DNA of 33,123 nucleotides from Anthoceros angustus (Eukaryota; Plantae; Anthocerotophyta): NCBI GenBank assembly GCA_010909165.1, contig VJWM01000368.1, positions 1 to 33,123 of the forward strand, read 5' to 3'. Shown piece by piece: positions 32,144 to 33,123 of this stretch (position 1 is its first letter; each line of letters starts with the position of its first letter). The notes under the pieces were generated by a model. It saw only the letters and a program-made list of their open reading frames with translations, ran no database searches and was not told where the DNA came from. The position numbers and the translations under genes were made by a program.

Positions 32144-32916
32144 TGAAAATTGCCTCGCTTATTTATTGCTTGTCTTGCCTCAGCCTACTACCAGGGGTTG
32201 AGTTTAAGCCTGGTATCCCAATCCTTTACAAGTCCAGGGAGAGCTTACCTATCATTATCAGTCCTACGCTTCTGTGGATGCTGGAAGCGGGCATTATTCT
32301 TCAAGGATCAATTGATTAACGGTAGCCTGCTAGGTGGCTTATGATCCTTATTGCCTTCAGCTAGAAACTGCGTTTGCTGATACAAAAACATCCTTTTAAC
32401 TGCACTCATATCGCATTAACCGCCCGTTATCTTTTCTGGATGATAACCTTGGTGATCCTGTTAGCTATCTATGGGATTGAGCGTTAAGAGAGCTTGGAAA
32501 AAGCGATAAACGATCTTAGCCTTTTTACCATGGAAGAAATGAGGCTTTTACATGCTGCTTTAGGTAAGCAAAATATTGAAGGTTTTGCTTGGTATTCCAG
32601 ATGGTGGGGAGAATAGGAACTGCCGATGGTTGGACGCCTTGGTTGTAGCAAATGCCGCCTATGAATGGAATCGATCCTATCTTCATCGAATATGTGTATA
32701 TATTAACAGCTTATGGGGCTTAGGTAAGCAAAAATTAACAGTCGGGAGCTTTGGCGGTTATGGCCGTATCGATCATTGTTCTATTGATTTAGGGTTACGC
32801 TATTGTTATGAATTTGCCTCTGGCTTGTTGGATTGACGCACGTCAGGTATATGCTCATAATTTTCCTAAGGATGTTAATTTGTTGACGATTTCTATATTT
32901 GTCCTTTTGGGCTAAA
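32143..32916 (+). CDS. Exported hypothetical protein, probable outer-membrane beta-barrel
   Basis: TAATG overlap with the trxB stop and an N-terminal signal-like segment. Aromatic-rich alternating strands (ARYLFLDDNLGDPVSLSMG, SRWWG..GTA, YGRIDHCSIDLGLRY). Ends near PFGL. Confidence 0.5.
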
Positions 32917-33123
32917 GGTTCCACTTCTATGTTTTAAGAGCTTATTCGTTGCTTACAGATGAAGCTCCTTCTTTCTAAACTTTTAGCTTGCCAAGCTGTG
33001 TTCCCTAGTTGTGCATTAAGTCAAACTTTTTCTTTTTATGGGGAATCAAAACTTTTAGCAGAATGGGGCCTCTGCTTTGGATGCTATTGGAAAATTATCT
33101 ATATCCTCAATATCAACTCAACA

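Noticed and set aside
32940-33123. Possible partial gene at the window end
   Set aside because: Neither strand gives a recognisable product within the available sequence.

Overview
AT-rich genomic segment from an environmental (amoeba-associated) chlamydia, most likely Parachlamydiaceae and possibly Neochlamydia. This placement is inferred from the chlamydial gene order lpxD-skp-bamA-recR / fabH-fabD-fabG-acpP, the eukaryote-like effector genes and the IS load. Nearly every gene, including essential ones, is broken by 1-nt indels mostly in homopolymer runs. That pattern indicates an unpolished long-read consensus, so gene extents and proteins were reconstructed by hand across frames and ends are approximate. 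Contents in order: IS630 (cut by the window edge); an intact IS1634 with TIRs and a 6-bp target duplication; a DcsG/RimK-like ATP-grasp ligase; a RelE/HigB-type toxin with its HTH antitoxin; an 88-bp palindrome; two tandem paralogues, each with two F-boxes plus about 10 WD40 repeats, separated only by a truncated IS; the envelope and fatty-acid core cluster; a decayed IS5; a ~3.3-kb effector-like locus (TPR, then a ParB/Srx-like 'DxRRL' domain, then an OTU deubiquitinase); putP; an SLC12/CCC-like transporter; a Hanks-type kinase with an atypical Gly loop and a downstream partner gene; a small Inc-like membrane protein; trxB; and a probable outer-membrane protein. The most notable candidates are the TPR-ParB-like-OTU protein and the double-F-box WD40 pair, none of which is visible from the ORF track alone.
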